A DNA stretch of 64,000 nt from Octopus sinensis (lineage: Eukaryota). Every line of letters begins with the position of its first letter. Within the stretch, counting starts at the first letter, position 1. The translations under genes were made by a program, and so were the position numbers. The notes beneath the pieces were generated by a model. The model saw nothing but the letters and a program-made list of their open reading frames with translations, did not search any database and was not told the DNA's origin. The stretch spans positions 76,756,001-76,820,000 of the forward strand of contig NC_043003.1 in the NCBI RefSeq assembly GCF_006345805.1, written 5' to 3'. This document shows, piece after piece, positions 40,603 to 53,199 of the stretch.

Positions 40603-41168
40603 GTGGTGATGATGATGAGAGGGAGGAGGTCATATTCATACCTTGATGTCAATTCAAGGTTCCGCATCTTTAAACTCAACATCAATATTCGTATACCCTG
40701 GTTACTCATCTCAATATTTTCCATATATTTTATGATATACGTATGAACATTTGCAACAAAAGGCCAAAGAGATGAACCCATCCATATGCCATCCTCTTTG
40801 TAAAGAGTTACCGAGTGGGATTTCTAAATCCCAAATCTATGATTCATTCCTTTGAATAAACATTTGATGACATACGCAAGTGTACGGATCTAGTATTCAA
40901 TAATTGTAGATATGTCAAATGATGATATATCGATGGTAATGTAGATTGAAACATTAGTAAATAGATTATCTATAGCTAAGAACACTGGAATCATGTCAGC
41001 TTTTAGCAGACTTTAGGAGAAGCAGATCCATAAATTGTTGTGTAGTGTTTACCCACTTCCAGACATCAATTCGTTCTCTCAAAAGACTGACAACAAACTT
41101 CTACTACGGAACGACAAACAAAAATAGTAAAATATTTGTCGTATAGAAAGAGAGAATGGAGATTTATC

Positions 41169-41179
41169 AAGAAGATGAA

Positions 41180-41214
<35 letters not shown>

Positions 41215-41961
41215 AGAAGAAAGAAGGAGAATAAGAAGAAAAGAAGGTGAAGAAGAAGAAGGAGGAGGAGAATAAGAAGAAAAGAAGGTGAAGAAGAAGA
41301 AGGAGGAGGAGAATGAGGAGGAGAATAAGAAGAAAAGAAGATGAAGAAGGAGGAGGAGGAGGGGGTAAAAAAAGGAGAAAAGATGAAGAAAGGGGAGGAG
41401 GAGGAGGGGGAGGGGGAGTAAAAAAGGAGAAAAGATGAAGAAAAAGGAGGAGGAGGAGAGAAGGAGGAGGAGAAGGAGGAGGAGAAGGAGGAGGAGAAGG
41501 AGGAGGAGAAGGAGGAGGAGAAGGAGGAGGAGAATAAGCAGAAAAGAAGATGAAGAAGAAGAAGAGGAAGAAGAAGAAGAAGGAGGAGGAGAAGGAGGAG
41601 GAGGAGAAGGAGGAGGAGGAGAAGGAGGAGGAGGAGAAGGAGGAGGAAGAGAATAAGAAGAAAAGAAGATGAAGAAGGAGGAGGAGGAGGAGGAGGGGAG
41701 GAGTAAAAAAAGGAGGAAAGAAGATGAAGAAAAAGGAGGAGGAGGATGAAAAGAAGGAGGAGGAGAATAAGCAGAAAAGAAGAAGATGAAGAAGGAGGAG
41801 CAGGATAATAAGCAGAAAAGAAGAAGATGAAGAAGGAGGAGCAGGATAATAAGCAGAAAAGAAGAAGATGAAGAAGGAGGAGGAGGAGAATAAGCAGAAA
41901 AGAAGAAGATGAAGAAGGAGGAGGAGGAGAATAAGCAGAAAAGAAGATGAAGAAGAAGAAA
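41169..41961 (+). repeat. ~800-bp polypurine (GAA/GGA) tract with higher-order minisatellite units
   Basis: Nearly all A/G; recurring AATAAG(C/A)AGAAAAGAAG(AAG)ATGAAGAAGG units. Confidence 0.9.
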
Positions 41962-42487
41962 CGATGACAACGGCGGCAACAGAAACCAGGAGACTAAGAA
42001 TGGTAGACGAAAGTAGCAAGTAGACGGAGGAGGGGCGAACAGAACAAAGAAAATAACGATAACGGCGACTAAGATGATGAAAACAACGACGATGGCGACG
42101 ATGATCATAGAAATTATGATCATGGTGTTGTAGGGAATGATATTTCCTTGATCTGGAGATATCAATTTCTTCTTATATTTTTATTTCAAGATGTTTGTCA
42201 TCAATAGAATGTATTACACTTCTTCACACTGAATTTGATCACCTATTAATTCTAAGCAAACGACTAGTCTACATAACATAACAGAATATATTCACTTAAG
42301 CGTCGAGACTTCCTTCCTCACTCGTTCTTATTCATTGGGTTGTATCATTGCAGTTTCAATATTTCTTCGTTCCTTTGTCTATTCATGCTTCATGTTTCAG
42401 GACTGAATTGATCAGTCTTTAAGTTTCGTCTTCAGACTCGTGTGTCACTGCGAATAGCATTTTATTTTAATATCGTAGCATAGGTAA

Positions 42488-43162
42488 GGTGGCGATTTGG
42501 CAGAAACGTTAGCACGCCGAGCGAAATGCGCCGGGTCGATTAAATAAGTACCAGTTACCCACTGGGTCGATGTAATCGACTTAATCCGTTTGTCTGTTCT
42601 TGTTTGTCCCCTCTAAGTTTAGCCTCTTGTCGGCAAGAAAGAAATAAGAAACGTTAGCACGCCGTGTGAAATGCTTAGCAGTATTTCGTCTGTCGTTACG
42701 TTCTGAGTTCAAATTCTGCCGAGGTCGACTATGCCTTTCATCCTTTCGGGGTCAATAAACTAAGTACCAATTACGCACTGGCGGTCGATATAATCGACTT
42801 AATCCGTTTGTCTGTCCTTGTTTGTCCTCTCTGTGTTTAGCCCCTTGTGGGTAGTAAAGAAATAGGTATTTCGTCTGCTGCTACATTCCTAGTTCAAATT
42901 CTGCCGAGGTCGACTTTGTCTTTCATCCTTTCGGGATCGCTATATTACGCACTGGGGCCGATATAATCGACTTAATCCGTTTGTCTGTCCTTGTTTGTCC
43001 TTTCTGTGTTTAGCGTTCTGAGTTCAAATTCCGCTGAGGTCGACTTTGTCTTTCATCCTTTCGGGGTCGATATATTAAGTACCAGTTACGTACTGGGGTC
43101 GATCTAATCGACTGGCCCCCTCCCCAAAAATTTTGGGCCTTGTGCCTAGAGTAGAAAAGAAT
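42488..43162 (+). mobile_element. Head-to-tail concatemer of four family A SINE units
   Basis: Units start at ~42488, 42648, 42865 and 43014. Units 1-3 end in a TTAATCCGTTTGTCTG-type tail, unit 4 in a TGGCCCCCTCCCC..GTAGAAAAG tail. Confidence 0.88.
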
Positions 43163-43499
43163 ATCGTGGCATAGGTGTCAAGCTCTGGAGATATCAAGCG
43201 AATAGAAGGGGACTGCTGGGGGACCTGATCACAAATGAGATGGGGAAGAAATGTCAGGTGAGGAAGAAGGATTTTTTTAGAGGTGTCATTTGAATGGAGG
43301 CGTTCCGCGAGAAGGAACGTGCGACAGGAGTTTCTGTGTATTCTGGAAATTAATTCGGGTTTTGAGAGTCTTGTCTCTGAGTGTGCTGCTGGCAAATTCA
43401 AGCTGGTGATTCAGAAGTTCCCTTCGAAGTCGTTCCAAGGAGTTAAAATAAGATACTTTTTCTCATTTTTATAACAAATTTATAAAGTTAAACGTTTCA

Positions 43500-43570
43500 A
43501 CAGGGATTTGAAAATTTGTCAGTGAATTTGTTAGACGGAAAGTGAAAAAAGACATATACACGTGTGTGTC

Positions 43571-43601
<31 letters not shown>

Positions 43602-43855
43602 GTGTATGTGTGTGTACGTGTGTGTGTGTGTATGTGTGTGTGTCTGTGTACCCCACTAACTCTTGACAATCGATGCTGGTGTATTTACGTCCCTGTAATA
43701 TAGCGGTTCGGCAAAAGAGCTCGATAGAATAAGTACTAAGTTTTATGATAAGGTACGGAGGGTCGATTCATTGAACTAAAATTCCTCGAGGTGGTGCCCC
43801 AGCATGACCGCAGTCTAATGACTGAAGCAAGTAAATGATAAAAAGTGAAAGATAT
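43500..43855 (+). mobile_element. 5'-truncated family B SINE
   Basis: TTAGACGGAAAGTGAAAAAAG, (TG)n, then TAGCGGTTCGGCAAAAGAG..GTGCCCCAGCATGACCGCAG. Confidence 0.8.
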
Positions 43856-44169
43856 ATTTTCCTTTCTTTTCTAGGTTGTTTAAATGCTTTACCAATTTAT
43901 TTCTTTTATAGCATATTAAAATATAATATTAATATCCTCCAATCAGCTTTATTGCAAGCAATTTCTGGGAAACAGTTTAGTAGTACATATGCACATCTTA
44001 AAACGCTATGATATGAGAAAGTAGAAAGACTAATGTGCGCCATGCGTGTATTCCTTCAAACAATAGGTTATGACATGTCATGTGCTTAGTGGATGTATGA
44101 CAAAGTTTTAGGTGGTAATGTTTACTGTCACATTTTACAAAATTTTGGTTTTAATATACATCAAATGGA

Positions 44170-44340
44170 TGATGGCGTAATCGTTAGCATGCGGGGTAAA
44201 ATGCCTAGCCGCATATCGTTTGAGTTCTGAGATCAAATACGCCAGGTCGTTCATATAAGTACCAGTTGAACACTGGCGTGGACGTAATCGACTTAGCCTC
44301 TCGCCCAAAACTGCTGGCCTGGTGCCAAAATTTTAAACCA
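44170..44340 (+). mobile_element. Diverged family A SINE
   Basis: AATCGTTAGCATGC..GAGTTCTGAGATCAAAT..AAGTACCAGTT..GGTGCCAAAATTTTAAACC. Confidence 0.65.
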
Positions 44341-44399
44341 ATGTATATCAATGGAGAACTTAAATCCAGTAAGCTGTATACACCCAGAATAATGCTTTT

Positions 44400-44700
44400 T
44401 ACACCAAGTATCAGGGAACTTCAAAACAGTAACCATGAGAAACTACTTCAGGATGCTGAGAGAAACGATATGCATAATATATCACATGGAGTGCGACTTG
44501 CAGATGTGCTGGAATGATCCATGGTCATCTTTAAAATGGAATTATCCGGCAGATATAAAAAGACATGACTGTGTTTTACGATTGACTATTAGATCTCTTG
44601 ATTATAGGAAACCTGATATATGCAGAGTTGTATATTGTAGAAAATTTGTTCATAAGGTTCAGTTTTGTTTGGATCACTCAAGTTGCAGATGTCATAGCCA
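44400..44700 (+). pseudogene. Possible very decayed REL-clade LINE fragment
   Basis: ORF 44435-44821 has RET.C..H..C, then RHDCV, then RKPDIC in the expected order but with compressed spacing. Confidence 0.3.
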
Positions 44701-44885
44701 TTCCAAAGACAGAGAAAAGAATATTCATATTTGCAATCATAAGCAACGTTCTCAAGTAGAATACACACAGCTGAGCGCACACGCACATACAGACACTGAC
44801 ACAAAAACATACAGAGACTAACACACCCATACACACATATACATGCATACATATATATATATATATATTATATATATATATATAT

Positions 44886-45292
44886 TGGCTGTGTAATAAG
44901 TAGGTTGCTCACTAACCACATGGTCCCAGGTTCAGTCCCACTGCGTGGCACTTTGGGCAAATGTCTTCTACTATAGCCTCGGGCCGACCAAAGGCTTGTG
45001 AGTGGATTTGGTAGACGGAAACTGGGAGAAGCCCGTCGTATATGTATATATATGTATGTGTGTATATGTTTGAGCGTCTGTGTTTGTCCCCTCCCCCAAA
45101 CATCGCTTAAAACAGATGCTGGTGTGTTGACGTCCCCGTAACTTAGCGGTTCGGTATAAGAGACCGATAGAATAAGTACTAAGCTTACAAAGAATAAGTC
45201 CCCGGGTGGAGTTGCTCGACTAAAGGCGGTGCTCCAGCACGGCCGCAGTCAAATGATTGAAACAACTAAAAGAGTAAAAGAGTAAAAGAGAA
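44886..45292 (+). mobile_element. Family B SINE, well preserved
   Basis: TGGCTGTGT..GGTTCAGTCCCACTGCGTGGCACTTTGGGCAAATGTC..GCTCCAGCACGGCCGCAGTC..(AAAAGAGT)n. Confidence 0.9.
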
Positions 45293-45294
45293 TG

Positions 45295-45347
<53 letters not shown>

Positions 45348-45929
45348 CAAATGTAGGTTCAATTATACTTCAATTGGCTACACGGCCACTTAGACCTGTT
45401 TTTGAACGCTAGCTAAAAGAAATCATTAGCGCATTGGTTGTTGATATGCGATAATGTAAATGAATTTAAATAGCTTTCAACGGATAATATAGAACGAATA
45501 AAGATTCGTTTTGCCAGGATTTTATTTCTTAATGCATTCTCTATAATAAACACATAACTAAATATATGAAATTATGATATCTGTAGTTACTGGCGTTATT
45601 TAGCAAAAGCCCAAGGTGGAGTAGTTAGTCGGTGGAATGGCCTTCCTAGATATAACAGTAAAATTTACCTAAACTCTCTCATACATAACAAAAATGAATG
45701 CACATTGCATAATTTAGTTTTAAATACACTATTTCTTAAATCACGGAATGAAATAATCAGCAATGGAAAGTATTTGATCAAATATAATTGTTTGTGTCAT
45801 AAAGTGATTGTTATGCTGATATTTTAAAACATGCTATTAACTACTAAATTTACTTTAATATTCACGTGACACAAGGTAAGTAATCATTCTGGCTTACTCC
45901 AGTTCAGACATGATCGATTAGAAGAAGAA

Positions 45930-46210
45930 GGCGCGGTGGAACAACCGCTAAGGACGAACTATATTAAATTCAGAACTGACTACACAACTGAGAGCGACAA
46001 ATGGAAAATGTTTGGTGAGAGGAGTGAAACGGTATGGCACATTGTTAGTGAATGCCCAAAAGTGGCACAGTGTAAATATACAAGGCGATATGACAATGTG
46101 GCAGGAATGATTCATTGGGAGCTCTGTGGAAAATAATGCCTACAAAGACCAAATCACAGAAGTAACTGAGAAGGAAGACTACAAAATCGATGAAAGATAT
46201 TCCAGCCATG
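45930..46210 (+). pseudogene. Decayed R4/Dong-like fragment (zinc knuckle and RHD region)
   Basis: EQPLRTNYIKFR..KWKMFGERSETVWHIVSECPKVAQ..YTRRYDNVA..IHWELCGK. Confidence 0.75.
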
Positions 46211-46972
46211 CCTATCCTGTTTTTACTCACATATAGAAGTACATTAGCGAATTTATTTTCCTTTGTTTTTGTTCTTATTTTTGTTTTCAATGCAGTGCGA
46301 TTTGAGTTAGGTTTAACTGTTATTTGCAGAAGGTCAAGTGGAAACCCGAATACTTCGTTTTTGCTCTACTTTTTATTAGTGAATATAACCTCTAATGAGA
46401 TCAGATACCGTGATTGCCGTTGGCTTATGTCGTGGGTCTAAGAGCATTGTTAATTAGATTCATTAACTCCGTGGGTTTTACCAGCGGCTTTTATGTATTC
46501 CTGTGGTGCTGAATATATTCCTGTAAAGCAGCATCTGACTTCAGAAGTAAATGTGCGTTTCTTTGTTGTTTTCAAAACAATTTTTACAAAACGAGGAAAA
46601 ATATTTTTTAAGAAAATAGAAAAATCCTCATACAAGATGGAGCTGGTGAGTTTGTTATTAGTTTCATAATGACAGCTGAAAGACTCATTAAAACATTATT
46701 AGTTATGGGAGAATGACAAATATATAAATAAATAACTTTGGCAAACAGAGGAACATTCTAGAAATTAGAAATAGCGATATTTTGTATTTTTATTTAATAC
46801 ACGCAAACACGAAAGGAATATAAATGCTTGAAAAAGAAAGAAGTTTAAACAATAGATACACGTACATACCTGCAAACTAGACAAAGGCACACACACACAC
46901 ACATGTGTACGGGAATGTGTGCATATGCTTGTGTGTGTGATTGTGTGTAAGTATATATATATATAAATATTG

Positions 46973-47003
<31 letters not shown>

Positions 47004-47060
47004 ATATATATATATATACACACATATATATATATATTCATATATATATATATATGTATA

Positions 47061-47102
<42 letters not shown>

Positions 47103-47221
47103 TATATATATACACACATATATGTTTATATATAAGTATGCGCGTGTGTTTGTATGTAAGTATATATATATTAAAATATATATGAATATATTTATATATA
47201 CATATATATATAATATATATA

Positions 47222-47255
<34 letters not shown>

Positions 47256-47981
47256 CTGCATATATGTAAATATACACATGTATGTATAAGTATACATGTA
47301 AGTATATATACACACACATATATATACATGATACAGAGACATATGTATACATATATTAATATATGTGTCTGTAAGTGTCTCTGTATGTTTTTGTTACGTA
47401 TGCATGCATGTATGTATTTATGTATGTATGTATATTCAATTAATTCTCAATAAAATATCGAGAATTCAGTTCAATAAAGAACTCAATGAATTGTAAATTT
47501 AGAATATATATTCTTTTATTCACAATATATGATCTTACAGCATACGTAAACTATTTCAGTGTATTGACTACATCTCATTGGTTGGCTTCTATGACTTTAG
47601 AATATTTACCCAATCTACAATTGAATTTTCATTGACTATTCGAATACCTATACCCGTGTTCTAGCTGGAAGATAAAATATATTTTTTGAATAGAACTAGT
47701 TGAATAGAACCAGGAATCCAGTGAATGTGTATAGGAAAATCGAGTAGAACAATCCAAACTTCAACTTAAGAAACCCTCCTCAAGCAGCATTTCTGCTCAT
47801 GATATATAAGTATCAATTATTGTCGTATACTTGATACTAATATAGTTAAACTTTTCTATTCACATACACGCAATTTCATTTAATGTTGCCAAAATAGTAG
47901 ATGATGAGGTAGTTAATAATAACATATATAGATTAATAACGTGTACCCTCAAATAACTACACCATTATTATTATTATTAAA

Positions 47982-48035
<54 letters not shown>

Positions 48036-48372
48036 GAGTGAGAGAGCAGAGCATGCCATCAAAGTGACACTGGGGTAAAATATACGAAGCCCAATATACC
48101 CATCATGACTACTCGTTTCATAAGGGTACACTAGACACATGCATCACAATGATATGTGCGCGACATAGTGATCTCATATCAAAATAAACAGCACATGACC
48201 TTGCAGGTGGGGCCCAGTTAGAATTTTCTTCTGGTCGAGTAACCAATCCCACTCAAAAGGTCCTTGAATAATGGTTGTTTAAGGGTGTTGAACCAAACAC
48301 CCATGTTTCCAGAAGTGAATAATTCAAACCACCAAAGAATCCCTCTCAACACATGGGCATGATGCTCCCCCC
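48036..48372 (-). mobile_element. Family C element, 5'-truncated, copy 2
   Basis: Reverse complement of the 3' ~340 bp of 10579-11124; (ATT)n arrays on both sides. Confidence 0.85.
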
Positions 48373-48399
48373 AAATTATTATTATTATTATTATTATTA

Positions 48400-51300
48400 C
48401 TTTTTTTTTCTTCTTCTTTCAAATTTTCTTCCATTTCTTGCTGAGTGTCTTCCCGACTCCTAGGGCAAAGAAACTCATAGTCTATATTGGTAGGCAATTA
48501 AACCAAACTCAGTAGTTCGTTCATTTTTTTTTTTTTTTTTTAAAGTTAAATTAAAATACATGAGCAGCAACAGTTCTCACATCGACAATGCTCTTCTCAA
48601 TACGTGTGATGTACCAGTTAAGACAATCTTTTGCACTTCTTGCAGGGATGGTAAGCCAGGGATCATTCTCATATAATTTTCGGTTCCCTTCTTGATCATT
48701 CCTAGTGCTCCTACGATCACTGGTATTGTAACCGCCTTGAGATGCCACATTTTCTCAATTTCAATGAGTAGGTCTTTATATTTTCTGAGCTTGTCAAACT
48801 CTTTCGCTGAGATATTATGATCACAGGGGATGCTCATGTCGATCAATAAGCAAACTTTATTGTTTTGGTCTTTCACAACAATATCTGGTTTATTGGCCTT
48901 GATGGTTCGGTCTGTATGTACTGAAAAGTCCCACAGAATGGTTACATTTTCTCCTTCAGTTACAGCCTCAGGGTGGTGATTATACCACTTGTCGGCAGTT
49001 TTGGTATTGTAATGCCGACTTATTAGCCAGTGGAGATATTGGCCAACTCTGTCATGTCTTAATTTATACTCCACTGGTGCTAAGACTTTACATCCAGAGA
49101 TTAGGTGGTCCACTGTTTCAATCATGTCGTTGCAGAATCGGCATTTTGGGTCTGCTCCATTTTTCATCACATTGGCCTGGTAGTTCCGGGTTGATAGGCT
49201 TTGGTCTTGAGCAGCCAGGATGAAACCTTCGCTCTCTGCTTTTAGCCCTGACCTCCGCAGCCACTGATGGGTTTGCTTCTGGTCAACATCAGCTTGTTTG
49301 CTGCGGGTCACATATTTGCCGTGCAGAGGTTTCTCCTCCCACCTATCAGCCAATTGCTCGTGCGCTTCTTTCATTGCCATCATTTTCACCTTCTTTGCAA
49401 CAATAGTTGCCGTACTTCCCTCGGGTTGTTCAGTTTGGGTATCCTGCACGAGATCAATAGCAAATTTGTTGCTTTCCTTGATGATAGAATGAAGCTTCTT
49501 TCGTCTCTCGTGATTTTCCACGAGCTTTAGCATCCAGTCATTCGATATTTCGAGATATTTGGCCAGTCCAATTGTGCTTGTTTTGTAAGCTAGTTCAAAT
49601 TGGATCAGGCCTCGACCTCCTTGGGCTCTGGGAAGGTAAAGGCGATCTACGTCTGCCTTTGGGTGGTGCATCCTATTACAACTCAGCAGCTTGCGTATTT
49701 TTCTATCTATATTCTTTACTTCACTCATATTCCAGTTCAACACATTGTAGCTATAAGTAACAACTGGAACTGCTAGGGAATTTATAGCTAACACCTTGTT
49801 ACGTGCATTTAGTTCAGATTTCAGGACTGCACGAACTCTCCTATAACATTCCTTCCTGATTTTCTCTTTCATGCTTGCATGCTGAATACCAGAGCCTTCA
49901 TTTATCCCTAAATATTTGTAAGTTTGTTCTTGCTCAAGCTCTCTTATGACTGTGTCAACATCTAACACGACTGAATTTGTGGTCTTCACTTTCCCTTTCT
50001 GGAAAGTGGCCTTGGCACACTTCTCAAGTCCAAACTCCATCCCGATGTCATCGCTGAATGATTTCACGGTGCGCAATAAGCCTTCAAGTTCATTATTGTC
50101 TTTACCATAAAGTTTTAAGTCATCCATATAAAATAGATGGCTTAATTTTTTATTGGCAATTTTATACCCATACCCTGTTCTGTTTAATTCACTTGTAAGG
50201 GGTATTAGGGCTATGCAGAATATTAAAGGTGAAAGTGAGTCACCTTGAAAAATTCCACAGTTGATGTTTATATTTTCTGAGGCAAGTACTCCATAAGAGT
50301 GGTATAATTGGAGATTCCTATTCCACAACGACATATTGTGCTTCAGGAAGTTTGAAATCACAGGGGAAATTTTGAAGATGTCCAGCGATCTCAAGATCCA
50401 TGGATGCGGTATACTGTCGAAGGCCTTTTTATAGTCAATCCATGCGGTGCTGAGATTTCTGCGCTTGTTGTGACAGTTCTCAATGATCATACGATTGATT
50501 AGCAGTTGATCTTTGCATCCGTAAGAGCCTCGGCGGCACCCTTTTTGTTAAATGGGGAAAATATCGTTCTTCTCCATGAATGCATATGTTTTCTCCGCCA
50601 GGATAGATGTTAGGATTTTATACGTGGTGGATAGACAGGTTATAGGCCGATAGTTTTTTGGAAGGTTGGTTTCGTTATTCTTTGGGAGTAGGTAAGTAAT
50701 GCCACTTGCTAACCATTCAGGTGTTTTCTTTGGGTCTCTCATAATTCCATTGAGCAGCTGAACTAGCTTACCGTGTGCGCACGGGAGCGATGCGAGCCAG
50801 AAATTCGGCACCCTATCTTTACCGGGGGATTTCCAATTATGGGCCTTCGTGAGTGCCTTTCTTGGGTCTGCTATTGTGATGTCTTCCCATGCTTGTTGTT
50901 GTAAATTTTGGTAGGATCCTTCAGTTTGTATAATCCAGTCTGCATTTATGTTGTACGTATTCTTGTCACTCCAAATCCTTTTCCAAAAGTTTTGAACTTC
51001 TTCCATGTGAGGGGGGTCTTTAACGGTTACTTTCTCCTTCCCTATTTCTCTGTAGAATTTTTTGGCATTGGATGTGAACAGCTTATTTTGCTTGTAAAAC
51101 TTGTTTCTCTTCTCAAATCTTCGTATTCTTTGGGCTTTTGCTTGGACTTTTTGTTTCAGCGTTTCTTTTATTGATATCAGTTCTTCTCTTGGTGAGGATC
51201 CAAATTTTCTCTTCATCTTTCTTCCTGTTCTGGATCTTACATCATTTCCACATATTAGTTCATTTAATATTGATATTTCCCCTCTCATAAATTCAATCTC

Positions 51301-51908
51301 TTTTTCAATTTTACTTCTCCAGGTTTGATTTCTTCCCAGGTTTTGTTTTCTTTGTTTTTTCGGGGGCATACAGCTGGTTTCAATTGCCCTAGCAGAAGCG
51401 TAAATAATTTCATTTAACTCAGTAAAATCAGGTTTTAATTCTCGTATTATTTCATTTGTTACATAGTTGCCAATTTGGATTTGTTTTTTATTTTGGTTTG
51501 TATTTGAGAGTTTATGAAGCGATTCTCTATCATTCATACTTGTATGTCTTACAACTTCAAGCGTATTCAGGATTTTCTGCCTCATTTCTGCCATAGACAC
51601 TCTGTGTTCTTCAGCAAATGCGAGACCTTCAGTTACTGTTGTTTTTTCGTTTTCCTGGCTATCTTTAACAGGTACAATAGAATTTCTTGTATCTTCAGGC
51701 CTTTGCGTACTTTGGTCAGATGGCAGTCTTTCAATTAAGCCTCGTGGCGGGCTATACTGTTCATCTGATTCTTCATTTCCTTTGTGTCTTATATTTATGT
51801 CATTTTCCGTTGCGTGCTTGATCGCGCTTATTTCACTGTCTGTGAGTCTGTTATTTCTAAAGATATCCCTCCTCACATTTGCTAATTTGTTCTCGTCCAA
51901 ATAGGGTC

Positions 51909-51909
<1 letters not shown>
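48400..51909 (-). mobile_element. R4/Dong-like LINE, family 2, lacking only its N-terminal part
   Basis: Begins at an (AAT)n junction (51909/51910). ~180-nt 3' UTR, (AAT)n tail ~48375-48399. Confidence 0.93.
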
Positions 51910-51956
<47 letters not shown>

Positions 51957-51987
51957 CATCATCATCATCATCATTTTCTCTTTTCAT
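48577..51987 (-). CDS. RT-CCHC-REL polyprotein, one frame broken by a single TAA
   Basis: The two tracked ORFs are in frame (57 nt apart). TAA at 50548-50550 replaces E of EQKG. IDYKKAFDS, GIFQGDSLSP, FYMDD, CRFC-x7-H-x4-C, RHD, KPDIVV..D..KEFDK all intact. Confidence 0.9.
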
Positions 51988-52800
51988 AGGTTATGTTAGA
52001 GCTCCTGGAGTCTTGCATGCGTAGCGGGCTTATTACATGAAGCCTACGGTACCATGCTACTCATTCTATCTAATACATTGCTGATTATCTGGCCGTGCCA
52101 AGGAGGAAAACCTTTGAAACAGTTCTACTAGGCACTCTATTCCAATTTCCTTTATATTATTCTTTACGCTTTCTTATACTTTTCCCAAGGACCCAGTAAT
52201 AATTGGCCCTATCTTCACCTCCTTCATTTTCTATAGTCAGGCTATTTCGTACTTAAAATTTTACATCCATCTTTTCACCTGCCTTCTTGACTATTCGTGG
52301 GCCAAATGGGAAGGCAACGTCAACTATATAGCGTATGTGGTGTAACTTGTCCACGACCCCTAGGTCCGGTCTATTAAGCTCCAAGATCTGTTTGGATTGG
52401 GAAATCCCTGAGGATTTTGCAAGTCTCCGACTGTCCCTCTTTCATACCACGTCTTGCTTCTCTGCAGCCTAAACTTTTCGCACAGTCTCCAATGAAGCAC
52501 TTTCACTACCTGGTCGTGTCGCTACAACTTGTAGTAGTTTTGGGGAAAGCCTAGGACTTTCGTTCGTGATATGAGCAATGGTTTCATCCACTCTATTGTA
52601 GATGCTGCACAGCGGAAACAGTTGCTCATTATGAACGAGGGAGCATTGAGAGCAGACAAAAAAAGGGAATATTTCAAGCAAATACGAATGGTAGTGTAGG
52701 GAGAAAGGTAAATTCTTTCATATGCTGCAAAACACAGTGCCAAGGCTTTCTATATGAGAGAAAAGTGTAGCGTGCTTCAGATCAACGCTGCTATCAACAC
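51975..52800 (-). pseudogene. Decayed family-3 R4/Dong-like 3' portion with (GAT)n(AAT)n tail
   Basis: LCFAA..; PLCSIYNRVDETIAHI; RHDQVVKVLHWRLCEK; DFPIQTD; NRPDLGVVDK..IVDVAFP; PIITGSLG; LLGTARII. Confidence 0.8.
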
Positions 52801-52947
52801 CCAAATATCTACAACCAAGACAACCGAAGCAAGAGAAAAAACCAATACAGGTTGCTCAGGAGAAATAGAGCTGCAAATAAGACACAAGAAATTAGCGGAG
52901 AGGAAGCTCGTCTGTAAGTAGCTAACGCCTATATTACCTTCGTAATA

Positions 52948-53142
52948 ATGGTTTCAAATTTTAGCACAATGCCAGTAGCTTCACGGAAGAGGGTAAGTCG
53001 ATTACACCATCCCTAGTGTTCTGCTTCTGCTTATTTTATCTACCTCGAAATTATGAAAGTTGACTTTGACAGAATTTGAAATCAGAACAGAAAGACGGAC
53101 GAAATGACGAAAAGTGGTTCTGCCAGCCTGCCGTCTTGCCTT
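52948..53142 (-). mobile_element. Diverged family A SINE
   Basis: GGTTTCAAATTTTAGCAC..AGAATTTGAAATCAGAAC..TTCTGCCAGC. Confidence 0.65.
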
Positions 53143-53199
53143 CGTAATAATAAAATGCTCAGTAGTATATTGCTTTCAAGTTTCTTTAATTGAAAAAGA

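Noticed and set aside
41066-42165. 317-aa and 332-aa hydrophobic or proline-rich ORFs
   Set aside because: Antisense reading of the GAA/GGA tract; TTC/TCC repeats simply lack stop codons.
46330-46650. Possible host exon(s): TTAAC..TTTGCAG acceptor at 46329 and GTGAG donor at 46646
   Set aside because: No frame stays open between the two sites and the peptides are unrecognisable; needs RNA-seq.
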